A stretch of DNA of 64,000 bases from Paragordius varius. Lineage: Eukaryota; Animalia; Nematomorpha. Every line of letters starts with the position of its first letter. Positions within the stretch are counted from its first letter, which is position 1. The notes beneath the pieces were generated by a model. It was not told where the DNA came from. It was given only the letters and a program-made list of their open reading frames with translations, and did no database searches. The translations under genes and the position numbers were made by a program. Positions 63,602-64,000 of the stretch are shown here, in pieces. The stretch covers positions 992,001 to 1,056,000 of the forward strand of contig OZ176057.1 in assembly GCA_964247055.1 (NCBI GenBank), read 5' to 3'.

Positions 63602-64000
63602 GTAAGTAGATTTTTTCTTATACATTATTTTATAGTAATTCGAATTGTAAGTTTATTTCGTTTACAATACTTTATAACAGTGGTGTTTAACAAAAATGGT
63701 TTTACGGGCTGAATTAAAAGGCCAACATTCCCAAAACACATATTTTATGGGAATTGAAAAAATATTTTATTAGATTTTAAATTTCAAACATAACAGTGTA
63801 AAAATTACAACATTTTTTCAAACATTTTCTGCTTGTTTTCTTGTTAATGACAAGATTTATTCAGAAAAAACTTGTTTACGAAAATATCAATTTTACTTTG
63901 ATTTTGTACTGGATGCCTGTCTGTTGAACACCATTTATTCAATTCAAGTTAAAAACAAAAAGACAAATAGTTTATTAGATTTCAAATATAAAAGTTTAAA

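Overview
Very AT-rich (roughly 75-80% by eye) eukaryotic, most likely invertebrate animal, genomic DNA; the organism cannot be identified from the sequence. Three intron-rich genes were reconstructed exon by exon, with consistent phases and GT-AG boundaries. (1) A + strand aralar/citrin (SLC25A12/13)-type mitochondrial aspartate-glutamate carrier (10032-21170, 8 exons, 464 aa) that appears to lack both the N-terminal EF-hand domain and the C-terminal helix. (2) A - strand WIPI2/Atg18 PROPPIN (50240-28591, 11 exons, 655 aa, FRRG motif intact). (3) A + strand RBFOX/fox-1 RRM gene (from 56408, continuing past the window end). The rest is dense transposon debris: two hAT (Charlie/Buster-like) copies with 8-bp TSDs, a back-to-back pair of RTE-like LINEs, decayed Penelope-like remnants, TTAA-flanked and TA-flanked MITEs, at least three foldback MITE families sharing TA|CCATTT ends and 21-bp subterminal arrays, (TA)n microsatellites and two satellites derived from coding sequence. 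Most ORF-track entries are repeat artefacts. The best leads are the stripped-down aralar, an intronic satellite built from a WIPI exon end plus its splice donor (including an in-frame candidate duplicate exon), and a candidate RBFOX autoregulatory splicing module (GCAUG cluster plus poison exon). No prokaryotic system, CRISPR array, tRNA or rRNA was seen.
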